DNA of 64,000 nucleotides from Gammaproteobacteria bacterium (GTDB lineage Bacteria; Pseudomonadota; Gammaproteobacteria; JBCCGL01): NCBI GenBank assembly GCA_965277715.1, contig OZ255836.1, positions 1,728,001 to 1,792,000 of the forward strand, read 5' to 3'. Shown piece by piece: positions 53,801 to 63,501 of this stretch (position 1 is its first letter; each line of letters starts with the position of its first letter). The notes under the pieces were generated by a model. It saw only the letters and a program-made list of their open reading frames with translations, ran no database searches and was not told where the DNA came from. The position numbers and the translations under genes were made by a program.

Positions 53801-56800
53801 ACTGTGAAGAAAACCCAGTTCGCTGTAGAGATTTTCGGTGTAGAAATCCTGCCCACCGGGGTAGTCAGTTTTAATTACGCGCCCCAGCGCATCGTAGTGA
53901 ACACGCGTGGTGTAGGCCGTGCCTTCAATAATATGGGTGGTGGCAACGGTACGGCCAAAGTGGTCGTATTCGTAGGTTTTACTGACAGCACCGTTACTTT
54001 CGACGAGGAGTTTGCCAATGCTACCCAACGGTGCACTGGTATCGCCGTATTGCCATGTGGTGATGCCCTCGGTTTCCTGGCGGCGCACCAGGCGCCCCAG
54101 TTGGTCGTAATCCATCGTGACAACCTGGCCTTTGGCGTCGGTTTGCTGAATCAATTGACCATAGGCATCGTATGCATAAGTCCAATACCCCATATCGGGG
54201 TCGTCCATGCTGATTTTGCGGCCACGCTCGTCGTATGCGAGGGTAATGGTCGTGGCGGCATCGCCTGCTACCGTGGTGGTCAGCAATTGACCGTCAACTG
54301 TGTAGCGATACTCAACGCTACTGCCTTCCTCCTCCTCAACACGCACTGTTTGTCCCAATGCATTGGTGCGGGTTGTTTTCGCCAATTGCTTGGGGCCGTT
54401 GTAGGTCGTCGTGGTCAACCCGTTGTAGCGGTTGTTGATTGTATTCGTGCTGCCATGCGGGCCGGGTTCGGTGATTTCAACCACACGCCCAATAGCGTCG
54501 TATTGGGTACTGGCCCAATAGATATTGTCACCCAAAAAGTAAGGGCGGCTAACACGGTATACCTCGCCCAAATGGTTGTACTCGGTTTCGTGGTAAACCT
54601 TTAAACCGTTGAGTGCAGTGGTAATTTTGCGCACTTCGCGGCCCAGGTTGTCGAACTGTACGGTCACCGCCGGGCTGCCGCTACTCTCGGTGACACTACA
54701 GTAGTGTGCAAACGTTGCTCGTTCACCGCATTGGTTGCTATTGGCGAAGTAATAATCGATACGGGTCTGGTTGCCGTCGGCCCGCGTTTCCAGGCGTTTG
54801 CGCTGAAAGCCATCGTATGACCAACGGGTGGTGATGCCATTGGGGCCTGTTTGCGTGGCTAATAGTCCCTGTTCGTTGTATTCAAAGGTTTCACACAAGC
54901 CAAGGGGGTTGCAGCTTCTGGTAGGGCGACCCAGCACATCCCGTTCGGTGGTGCTGGTGCGATCAGCATGGTTAGGCACTCTGAGCGTAACAGCAATTTT
55001 CTGACCAAAATTATCGTATTGGTAAACCGTTGTTTGGAAGGTTTCACCGGTTTGGGTGCTGATAATACTTTCCGAATCGAGCAAACCGGTATGGGCGTCG
55101 TAGGTAAAGCGGCTGAGCTTGGGCGTGGCATCGCCCTGGGGGGTGGTGTGGGTAGTACGCGCTTCCATTAGGCGGCCAAGGTGCCAGTTATCTGTATTGT
55201 TGTCGTATTGGCTAACGGTGGTTTGGGTGAATGTTTCACCACCACCCTCAGTGATAACAGTGACAGTTCCCACATTGCCATAGGCATCTATGTTTTCACT
55301 CAGTGAAGTAACGGTGCTAATTAATGAACCGTCGAGTTCATAACTGCGCTGCACGGTGCGGTGCGCGTGGACGGACTCTACCCCAGCATAGTAACTATCT
55401 TGGCTATATTCAGTGGTAGATTCATTCAGGAGTTGCCCGTTGTACGATTCAGTGTGGCGGAGCACATGGCCGGTAAAGGGGAAGCCACTCTGGTCGAACC
55501 AGGTTTCCTGTGTTTTACCTGTGTCAGGGTACGTTTCGGTAATTTTGGCAAAACCGTAGGAACCCCGGCCTTTTACATGGGCTTTTAATCCTTCGTAGTG
55601 GTAATTTGTAGAAATACTGCCACCGATGCCATCATCGGCGGTAACACTGCTAACCACGTATTGGGGGTACTGTAGGTCAATTACCGGATAAGCGGCGCCA
55701 GTGCCTTTGGTATAAACGGTTTTATCGGTAAGCAGTGTGTAGCTTAATTGGGTTTTATCGTTAAAGGAGCCTGTAATCGAAGCCAACAATACCTTTCTGC
55801 CCGTATTGATATACGCCCCTTTTTGTTGAGTTGAACTATTTTTCCATCGATGGTGGACCATATCCACTAAACCATCGCCGTTAACATCGACAAAACGCGC
55901 GCCCAAATCCCCAATGCCATCAGCGGCAATATGAAAAGGTGGGGTATATTCAGGTGCTGCTCTCCAGCCACTACCCGTATTGATATACGCCCCTTTTTGC
56001 TGAATTGAATTACTTGCCCATCGATGGTAGACCATATCCACTAAACCATCGCCGTTAACATCGACAAAACGCGCGCCCAAATCCCCAATGCCATCAGCGA
56101 CAATATGAAAAGGTGGGGTATATTCAGGTGCTGCTCTCCAGCCACTGCCCGTATTGATATACGCCCCTTTTTGCTGAATTGAATTACTTGCCCATCGATG
56201 GTAAACCATATCCACTAAACCATCGCCGTTGACATCGACAAAACGCGCGCCCAAATCCCCAATGCCATCAGCGACAATATGAAAAGGTGGGGTATATTCA
56301 GGTGCTGCTCTCCAGCCACTGCCCGTATTGATATACGCCCCTTTTTGCTGAATTGAATTACTTGCCCATCGATGGTAAACCATATCCACTAAACCATCGC
56401 CGTTGACATCGACAAAACGCGCACCCAAATCCCCAAGGCCATCAGCGACAATATGAAAAGGTGGGGTATATTCAGGTGCTGCTCTCCAGCCACTGCCCGT
56501 ATTGATATACGCCCCTTTTTGTTGAGTTGAACTACTTGCCCATCGATGGTAAACCATATCCACTAAACCATCGCCATTGACATCAACAAAACGCGCGCCC
56601 AAATCCCCAAGGCCATCAGCGACAATATGAAAAGGTGGGGTATATTCAGGTGCTGCTCTCCAGCCACTACCCGTATTGATATACGCCCCTTTTTGCTGAA
56701 TTGAACCATTTATCCATCGATGGTAAACCATATCCACTAAACCATCGCCGTTGACATCGACAAAACGCGCGCCCAAATCCCCAAGGCCATCAGCGACAAT

Positions 56801-57922
56801 ATGAAAAGGTGGGGTATATTCAGGTGCTGCTCTCCAGCCACTACCCGTATTGATATACGCCCCTTTTTGTTGAGTTGAACTATTTACCCATCGATGGTAG
56901 ACCATATCCACTAAACCATCGCCGTTAACATCGACAAAACGCGCGCCCAAATCCCCAATGCCATCAGCGGCAATATGAAAAGGTGGGGTATATTCAGGCG
57001 TGAATTGCCAAGTGTTAGCGCCTTCTGTCCATTCCAATTCAATACTGTTAAAACATTGGTTCTGGGATCCGCACTCTAGTATTTTATCGATAACAGAGAG
57101 CTTACTTAAACCCAATTGCTTGTAATAAACTGTATATACCCTTACCTGTTTCCCATAGCTGTATACTGTTAGATTTCTGACCCGACGTTCCGTTTTTATT
57201 GTCCGACCAGATTGTTCATGTGAAAGAATATCCTCTCTAGATTCATAGCCTATTAAAATTTCTCCATTACTATAATTAACACTTTTTAAGTGCTGTTGGT
57301 TGCCGTCAATAAAGTATCTAAACTTAATGGGATTATTACCCGTAGTGTCATTAACCTCACTGACAGACCAAACTAACCGTCCCTGCGCAAATGCTAATGC
57401 AGCGTTACTGCCCAAACCAAATGTCATGGTATGACCGGCCTTGGTATCCACCACAAAATAAGCCGGATTGTTAGCACTACCCCCCACCGAACGAATGCGT
57501 GAATAACCATCAATTTCCGTACGATACTCAGTGCCAACAGCACCGTTTGCCCCACTGACGGGAATCAAACGTTCACCATCCAGACAATAACGGCTTTTAT
57601 CGCCAAAGGTTATGTCGCTGATAAAACCGTCCTGCGCCAGATTGGCCGGGCAGCGGCTGATCGCCGATACCGCGCTAAGGTTCCATCCCACCCCCATAAT
57701 ACCGTTGCCTGCCGCACTGTTATAAGAAAGCGCAACGTCTGGCTGCATACTCCCACGGCCAGGGGCGACTTTAATTGGAAGGGTATAGCTGGCATTACCA
57801 TTTGATACATTGAATTCACCTGCGGTAGCGCCAACTTCAACCGCCGTTGCAGGCAGCGCCTGTACTATTAGGGCGCATACTACGGTAGATACGCAGGTGA
57901 TACGGGTAAGTAATGAGGTCAT
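50846..57922 (-). CDS. Rhs/YD-repeat polymorphic toxin (SpvB + FG-GAP repeats + TcdB-mid-like + YD shell + Rhs core + Cys/His amidase-like tip)
   Basis: GNASYTLPIKVAPGRGSMQPDVALSYNS...GVGWNL; DVNGDGLVD repeats; GRGSYGF; many YD repeats; HMNGRVYD...RFISADP; NNPMKYTDPSG. Confidence 0.93.
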   Translation of the reverse strand: MTSLLTRITCVSTVVCALIVQALPATAVEVGATAGEFNVSNGNASYTLPIKVAPGRGSMQPDVALSYNSAAGNGIMGVGWNLSAVSAISRCPANLAQDGFISDITFGDKSRYCLDGERLIPVSGANGAVGTEYRTEIDGYSRIRSVGGSANNPAYFVVDTKAGHTMTFGLGSNAALAFAQGRLVWSVSEVNDTTGNNPIKFRYFIDGNQQHLKSVNYSNGEILIGYESREDILSHEQSGRTIKTERRVRNLTVYSYGKQVRVYTVYYKQLGLSKLSVIDKILECGSQNQCFNSIELEWTEGANTWQFTPEYTPPFHIAADGIGDLGARFVDVNGDGLVDMVYHRWVNSSTQQKGAYINTGSGWRAAPEYTPPFHIVADGLGDLGARFVDVNGDGLVDMVYHRWINGSIQQKGAYINTGSGWRAAPEYTPPFHIVADGLGDLGARFVDVNGDGLVDMVYHRWASSSTQQKGAYINTGSGWRAAPEYTPPFHIVADGLGDLGARFVDVNGDGLVDMVYHRWASNSIQQKGAYINTGSGWRAAPEYTPPFHIVADGIGDLGARFVDVNGDGLVDMVYHRWASNSIQQKGAYINTGSGWRAAPEYTPPFHIVADGIGDLGARFVDVNGDGLVDMVYHRWASNSIQQKGAYINTGSGWRAAPEYTPPFHIAADGIGDLGARFVDVNGDGLVDMVHHRWKNSSTQQKGAYINTGRKVLLASITGSFNDKTQLSYTLLTDKTVYTKGTGAAYPVIDLQYPQYVVSSVTADDGIGGSISTNYHYEGLKAHVKGRGSYGFAKITETYPDTGKTQETWFDQSGFPFTGHVLRHTESYNGQLLNESTTEYSQDSYYAGVESVHAHRTVQRSYELDGSLISTVTSLSENIDAYGNVGTVTVITEGGGETFTQTTVSQYDNNTDNWHLGRLMEARTTHTTPQGDATPKLSRFTYDAHTGLLDSESIISTQTGETFQTTVYQYDNFGQKIAVTLRVPNHADRTSTTERDVLGRPTRSCNPLGLCETFEYNEQGLLATQTGPNGITTRWSYDGFQRKRLETRADGNQTRIDYYFANSNQCGERATFAHYCSVTESSGSPAVTVQFDNLGREVRKITTALNGLKVYHETEYNHLGEVYRVSRPYFLGDNIYWASTQYDAIGRVVEITEPGPHGSTNTINNRYNGLTTTTYNGPKQLAKTTRTNALGQTVRVEEEEGSSVEYRYTVDGQLLTTTVAGDAATTITLAYDERGRKISMDDPDMGYWTYAYDAYGQLIQQTDAKGQVVTMDYDQLGRLVRRQETEGITTWQYGDTSAPLGSIGKLLVESNGAVSKTYEYDHFGRTVATTHIIEGTAYTTRVHYDALGRVIKTDYPGGQDFYTENLYSELGFLHSVRGSRLRAETGDLSQLAPLILAATDLAESYETRAHTLRRIGQRYRAKLDDYRALLAIQTRAEAKYQADLKEAEKEAASQPLVSVQVPISVGDITIFVPGWRSQLVLPTRDPVPVPHLSDDLQADLNSQKSLLTESINNAKIEKPHVITLAPVNVNGISIFIPVENGQGVTPTQNLSSDEQTKLTASIGQNQTLSPAFLGHLNNTVIELENVIALLDQHIGSYTQLIEQITVLAEQTLAAADQSFHYTRSLENGAESYQAQTADTQHITYWQALDADASGRITAESYGNGIVNDYSYNTATGQLQVIHSGLLASTAIRHIEYQYDAYNNVTLRDDLVNDIRETFEYDRLDRLTATHLVSERFIGGGLDIAQTQNYDVYGNITYKSDVGHYQYTSGRPHAVSSAGNHQYHYDANGNMLEGDGRRFTWNSFNKPIHISKNGKSARFSYGLDRARYKKINHTGDTTWYVGGLYEKQVTDNGQHTRHQHYIYAAGNRVASHSVSSKEGVKTHYLHKDALGSIDTMTDADGQVVDRRSYDAWGKQRHFDWQGAGSLYSMRLLFTTRAYTDHESIEEVGLIHMNGRVYDASLARFISADPYIQAAGMSQSYSRYSYVQNNPMKYTDPSGYILKGLLKKAFGGLAGLVLGPSAALHHQLVKKATRAVIRAVGPKIANLAATIGSAFCGPFAALCYAHAQYDIARAYGASPSEAARGAAVAGITYYLGQQASSWVGSTFDINAGAGQYALNVAANGVVGGTLAVAQGGKFGYGFVSSAFAAGAKSLNSDIWGKSANYKIHRTVTAAVIGGTASKLGGGKFANGAASSAFTHWHNAERQLEIERVREKIATVAEDYLGDTNYAKSGTVDNFGPGDWKCNCFVKNVLNTAGATAPMYEGGKWPIRANYWADATRSIPGFEVVDSPQRGDIAAFARTEGSGHVGVYVGGFGRQVIAANYGGVGYSTTHLMVRLGMGSYQPANASGSIVYRRWVGLQ
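55799..56998 (-). repeat. ~6.9 tandem 174-bp (58-aa) FG-GAP/VCBS-like coding repeats
   Basis: Unit EYTPPFHI(A/V)ADG(I/L)GDLGARFVDVNGDGLVDMVYHRWxxxSxQQKGAYINTGSGWRAAP, near-identical at DNA level. Confidence 0.95.
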
Positions 57923-57934
57923 TAGGTTCTCTCC

Positions 57935-58384
57935 TTATTCCACAGGGGTTTTATTGATATGGTCGCGGATAGCTTGCAGGCGCTGCACCGTTGACGATGG
58001 AGTTTCCTCTGTTGGTTCAGTTATATTTTGATCCGATGGATTAATACCCTGGCTTTGTAACTGTTGATCAAATTTACGCAGTGTTTGATCAAGCTGAGCA
58101 ATTGTTGCCTCTGTTTGCTCAATTTCGGTGGGGAGTGATGTTTGTGTATTGAGGAGTGCTTGTAGTTTTTTTGCTGACGGGGATTGTTCGTGATCGATTG
58201 GTTCGTCAGCACCACTAGGCATTATTGCAGTGGTAGGAGGGGGGTTTTCTACGTCATTTACATAGGCGTCTGTAACCGATGCAATTTCCGTACTATCGGA
58301 CGGGATAACGGTCATACCCACAACCCATATAAGCCCAGCGACTGCTAGACCAAAAACAAGTGTTACCACCTTTTTAATAACCAT
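57935..58384 (-). CDS. Membrane-anchored coiled-coil hypothetical protein
   Basis: AAGGA RBS; single N-terminal TM; heptad IEQTEATIAQLDQTLRKFDQQLQ; ends 12 bp before the Rhs start. Confidence 0.75.
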   Translation of the reverse strand: MVIKKVVTLVFGLAVAGLIWVVGMTVIPSDSTEIASVTDAYVNDVENPPPTTAIMPSGADEPIDHEQSPSAKKLQALLNTQTSLPTEIEQTEATIAQLDQTLRKFDQQLQSQGINPSDQNITEPTEETPSSTVQRLQAIRDHINKTPVE

Positions 58385-58526
58385 TTTTGTATCCTTGATT
58401 AAGCTCAGGTGTCACGCGCTTACTTAAAAGCCTCGTGAAACTGTGAGTGATTTAACCACTGATGACACCAATTATGCAACAACTTTTTTGAAGCGAACCC
58501 CGCTCTTCAGTTAGTAACTTACAGAC

Positions 58527-59572
58527 CTCTGTACAGGACAATTATTATAACAATAAGAGGTCGGTTTTTAATTGTCTAAAAGCTTGAAGCAGCATTTGCC
58601 ACTGCAACTGTTGTTCCCCTATGTTCAACACAACCCGGGAAACCGTTTCCAATCCTAACCGAAAAACACTTTTACTGGGGCGGCCATGATTTTTCTTTTT
58701 GATGGGTGTGGTTTTTTGCTGTTCATAACCAATCTGATAACACCAACAAAATGTTAAACTCACCAATACCAGTAGTTTTTCAACCCTATCAGGTTTCGTT
58801 AAATGTGTCTTTTCCATATCGAACCCTCGACCTTTTAATGCCTGGAATAAACGCTCTATTTGCCAGCGCTGCTGATACTCAACTAATGCATTATGGGCGC
58901 ACCTATCGCTCGCAATAATCACATGTTCCTGACGAGAACGAAAACACGGTAAATAGACGCTCTCTCCCCAAACAGATCGAGCGTCTGTCAATGCACAGGT
59001 TTGTGCTACACCCAGCAAAAATAGCGCTGATGCCTTCACTTTTTTGCCTTTTTTTGTCCTGACCTGAGTATGGCTGTTTCCCGCTTTGTCCAATTGTGTT
59101 CAAAATAGGGGAACCGCTACATTGTGCCAGTTAATGGAAAGAACCAATAGGTTTACATGCGTCATACCCAACTTCCAGTGGGTTCGATCAATGCTTACAG
59201 TCCAAGGCGGACATTGAGCAATCAACTTAATTAACAACGGGGCAATAGTATCCGGTTTCAAATCAAAATGACGCAAAAAACGTGGCAAACGTTTATAGGA
59301 TGAACAAGGTTGCGCTGTTCCGGCGAATCCATCGACAACACGCATTAAATTGAGTGACTTTACTTTTCCAAGTGCCAACATAAACTGGGCCAGCAATATC
59401 ACACGAGCACAGTTCCACTTAAGGTGTGGACGCAGTAAACTTACCAGTTGATAAATCTCTTTCATTTTACGTTGCTAGGTCTTGTCGTGAAACTTAGACA
59501 ACTTGAAAGAGATTTATCTTTACATTTATTCCTTTTATTTCAATGCCTTAATTTATTTTGTCCTGTACAGAG
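58527..59572 (-). mobile_element. IS4-family (ISAba1/IS10-like) element, defective
   Basis: Perfect 15-bp TIR CTCTGTACAGGACAA / TTGTCCTGTACAGAG. Transposase 59465-58545 has TGA after VPLF and lacks the middle DRE segment but keeps IDRT and YQQRWQIE. Confidence 0.88.
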
Positions 59573-59654
59573 TTCCATTTGTTGGAAAAAAACAATAAGG
59601 AAGCCGGGCTATCAATGGTTATGTGATAAGGCGCAAAACTCGGTGTCTTGCCAC

Positions 59655-61339
59655 TACCGGTGTTTGTCAAGGTAGTTGTCCGTTTTACTATGCTACTTGC
59701 TTTTCAATTCCATTGTGCTTTTGTCTCATGGCCAAGCCTTCCTTTTCCGGGTTTAACCACACCCCCGATACCGGTTCGAGGTGTTTAATATCCTGGCTCC
59801 AGCGTTCAGGGTGTTTGGCCTTTGCTTGTTCATAAACTGCTTTTCTGGCTGCCAGTATCGCGTGGTCTTCGCCTTTATGACGTGAGGTTGGTGTCACAAA
59901 CCCAATGCCGCTATGGCAATGAGAGCCGTTGTACCATTGCACAAATCCATGCACCCAGTTTCGCGCAGAGGCTAAACTATCAAATGGCTTTGACGGATAG
60001 GCAGGCGTGTATTTTAAGGTTCTAAACAGACTTTCTGAATAAGGATTATCATCGCTTACCGATGGCCTACTAAACGAAGGTATCACACCCAACCATTGCA
60101 GTTTTGCTAACATAGTAGCACCTTTCATCGGGCCACCATTATCCGCGTGTAATACCAATTGACTTTGGCTGCACCCCTGCGCTAAACAGGCACGCTGGAT
60201 CAGCGCCGCTGCCAGATCAGCCGATTCACTCTCATGCACTTCCCAGGCAACAATTTTACGACTGTAAATATCCATCATCATATAAAGCCGGTAAAACCAC
60301 CCGGTTATGTTCGATTTCAAAAAGGTAATATCCCAAGACCACACCTCGTTTGGCCTTGATGCCAGGTAGCTGTTAGGTTTGTGCCGTTTTTTAGGCGCCA
60401 CCGCCTTACCTCGCCGCTGCAGTTGGTTTTCCGACTTTAACACCCGATAGAAGCTTGACTCTGATCCAATATACACACCTTCATCCGCCAATTTGGGCAC
60501 AATTTGCGAGGGGGGTAGCGCTTGGTATTTCGCTTCATTACAGGTGGTGACAATCAATGCCCGCTCTTCTGCTGTGAACTTATTACTAGGCGCCTGTCGA
60601 TGAGCGCTGGGTCTGCCATCAGCGCGGACAGTACCCGCGTTTGCCTAGCGTCGGTACGTCTTAGGGTGTCACTCAAGCACTTTGCACGCTTTGCCTAATG
60701 TAGCGCCAGCGACAACGGCCTCTTTGATTAAACGGATACTATTTTGGCGATCTGAATGGCAGGTCATTCGTCCTCTACCTCCCCCCAGATCGCTTGGGCC
60801 TTTTTTCTAAGCACCAGCAAAGCGGCTGTTTCGGCTAATGCTTTCTCCTTTCGGTGCAGTTCTTGTTCGAGACGTTTAATACGTCTATCCGCTTCTCTAC
60901 GACTGGTTTGTAAACGTTTCGTTTGGGCGCGATCCCAGTCATTGGCTTGTTCACAGGCCATTCGCCACGCCTTAATCTGATCAGGGTACAAACCACGATG
61001 ACGGCAATAAGCTGAAAGGTCTGTTTCGCTTAATGACGCACTTTCCAGAACCGCTGCAAACTTATCCGAAGAACCCCAACCTGCTGGTGTCAAATCGCCA
61101 TCTGGCATGAGTTCGCCTTTCGCTCTTGCTTGGGCTCGCCAACTATAAAGCGTACCTTGTGCAATGCCTTCTTCTTTGGCTAACCGGGAAATTGTTTGGT
61201 TATTCGGCAGCAGCATCTTCTTTAAAACAGCGGCCTTTCTTTCTACTGGATAACGCATACCACTCTCTCTTTGCCTCCTGTAATAACTTATTGAATCCCA
61301 ATTTAGGGAGGGGGACAACTAGCCTGACACAGGGGGCTA
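59655..61339 (-). mobile_element. IS3-family element, orfB disrupted
   Basis: Inverted end cores TGTCAAGGTAGTTGTCC (59665) and TGTCAGGCTAGTTGTCC (ending 61329). orfA 61258-60764; orfB from 60767 has in-frame TGA and TAG before WSWDIT, HADNG and SESLF. Exact ends approximate. Confidence 0.85.
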
Positions 61340-61481
61340 CTCCCTTGCACTATCATCACGCATATGTGCGGTGTGATAATGCCTTTACGCGTGGTTTCCC
61401 ATTGGGATGTTGCGATACCGATTATACGGCTTGTGTAATCTGTCTTGTTTTTCATGAATATTTCCTCTGAGTGAATAATTG

Positions 61482-61517
61482 AGGACATACCCATTCCCAA
61501 GGGAATGGGTATGTCCT
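61482..61517. promoter_or_regulatory. Perfect 17-bp-arm palindrome between divergent small ORFs
   Basis: AGGACATACCCATTCCC-aa-GGGAATGGGTATGTCCT. Confidence 0.55.
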
Positions 61518-61583
61518 TGAGGTGCTGTGGTGTTGTGTGTGACTAACAGCTATAATAGCCATTAGTCACAAGGTGGTTAACTT

Positions 61584-61784
61584 ATGCAATTACAGGTGTT
61601 TGAAGGCGGACGTATCAATCTTGAGCAACAGCTTGTCGAGGCGTTATGCCGTGTTGATTTTCCCGCGCTGGACAAGCTCGAAGAAAAGTTGAAACCTCGC
61701 GGTTCGCTTAGTTTAGCTTGGTCAAACGATCAACCTCTATGCGAGCCACAAGCTCCTCATCAATCAAACGTAACATCAGATTGA
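61584..61784 (+). CDS. Small hypothetical protein
   Basis: AAGGTGG RBS; 66-aa helical-looking ORF MQLQVFEGGR... Confidence 0.45.
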   Translation: MQLQVFEGGRINLEQQLVEALCRVDFPALDKLEEKLKPRGSLSLAWSNDQPLCEPQAPHQSNVTSD

Positions 61785-62781
61785 TATCATCGCTTTTCTC
61801 TGGTATGCGCCAACTCTAGATGACGAAGTGCTTTGGATTGAAGTGCTTTAATTTCATCAAGCGTTGTATCATCCAGATAAGTTAGGAGTTCCAGTATTCT
61901 TGTTTTATTCATTTTCTGTCTCTGGTAATAAGAAACAGAAAATTCCCCAATAGGGCATTTCTGCCCTGTTGGGTGAAGAGGAACGCCAGAAGTGGCGTCC
62001 CAGTAGTGGGTAAAATAGTTGTTATGCTGTGGCCTGATCTGCAACGGGTACACTGGTTGATTGTGTAATAGCTGTAGGTTGCTGATACATTAATGATTAA
62101 AAACAGCAAAACATAGTAATCCCCAGAGGGACACAGTATTTCCCCCAGGAAGTGAAAACCACACATGTGGTCATTGTTGAAGATAGAGGATAATAATTTA
62201 TTCGATGAATAAATTATTGCTGATTCTTGCAACCTTTAATATCAGCGCAACGTAAAAATACGTCAGGTAAAACTTGTCAAAAATAAATTAATAAAAATCT
62301 AGTCGTTTTTTTATATGCTGTCAATTTATTTTTCTAGTTTTTTTCTCTGTTGAATGATTTTCTAATGATTGGGTCAGCAAGGTATCCGTCAGTAGTCGCG
62401 GTTGTTCGGGTACAACTTTCGCACTTAAATCACCACTAATAATACCATCCGGTAATTTTCCTATCACCTCTCCCGCAGTGTTTGCTTTAGCATTACCTTG
62501 CTTAATATCCTCATGCCGAGCGCCTGTTTCGTGATAGCCACTGATAGCGCTAAACCCGTCATGGGTGTACCACTAGAATTCTACCAGGAAGCTGATAACA
62601 CAATGAATAACACCTGAAAAGAGTCGCCATAAGCTACAAATAGTATTTTTTATAATATTTGTACTGTTTTTTTACAAACTAATAACAAGCTTTATAATTC
62701 ATAAAATAAATAAAATTATCCAAAAAAAACTTGCGTTCACCAGTATAATTTTTTTTTTAAAAATACCCATTTAATATCTGA

Positions 62782-63312
62782 TTAAATGGGCAAAAGGTTC
62801 AATTTTATATTGTTAAATACCGCGACCCAGAAACAGGTCAATTACATCAATTTATTTCAACGCTACCAGAGTCAATTAACCCAGGCACTATTGCTATGCT
62901 CTATTACAAGCGTTGGACGATAGAAAAATCATTCAACAATAGCAAAAGTGATTTCACCGAAAGAAAAGCCTGGTCTTCAAACCTGAATGCGCTGAACAGT
63001 CAAATGCGTTTTACTGCCATGGCCTATAATATCATGCGTATTTTTGAAGAAATATCAAAAACAAAGAACCTGGAATGTATTCATCCATCTGATAAAAAAT
63101 ACACTAAAATGCTTGATAAGAGACAACAAATTGCCCAGAAAAAAGGCGGCTTTGTTAATCCATTGTTTTTTTACGCTAGAATTACCCGTATATGCTCATT
63201 CACCATCCGCTCTCTGCAAAATGCAATAATGACAAGAAAGTCCCTTAGAACTATTATGCATAGCTTAGGGAGGCATTTAAAACCTCGACAGTCAGGAATT
63301 TTGGAACACTGA
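62782..63312 (+). pseudogene. 5'-truncated IS4-like transposase
   Basis: YRDPETG..FISTL...YYKRWTIEKSF (Y-2-R-3-E signature); frame opens only at 62782. Confidence 0.75.
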
Positions 63313-63501
63313 TGGCTGATGGTTATACCCATCAACCTACTCAGTGCACCACCCATTCAATTGATACTCAACCAATTTCGATAAGGGGATGTAGATGCAT
63401 TTTTGATAGTGTTTTTGGTTTTTCACAAAAGAATAATGCGCCATTATTTTTAGGTGTATTTCTTCCACGGTGAACCTAATGAGCGCTAAAAACGAATGTG
63501 T

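Noticed and set aside
52166-54604. Long plus-strand ORFs (197 and 282 aa) antisense to the Rhs
   Set aside because: Explained by the codon bias of YD repeats on the opposite strand; no independent motifs.
55799-56998. Possible CRISPR array
   Set aside because: The units are contiguous 174-bp in-frame coding repeats with no unique spacers, and no cas genes are present.
59093-59102. Programmed frameshift joining the two IS4 ORFs
   Set aside because: Both ORFs are in one frame, separated by a TGA where Trp is expected; this is a nonsense mutation.
61317-61328. AACTAGCCTGAC shared between the IS3 end and the repeats at 49831 and 50094
   Set aside because: A 12-bp match with divergent flanks that is not conserved in the other IS3 end; chance cannot be excluded.
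62330-62620. Minus-strand reading THDGFSAISGYHETGARHEDIKQG...
   Set aside because: Looks coding but is preceded by a stop, has no clear start and matches no family I recognise; at most a decayed fragment.
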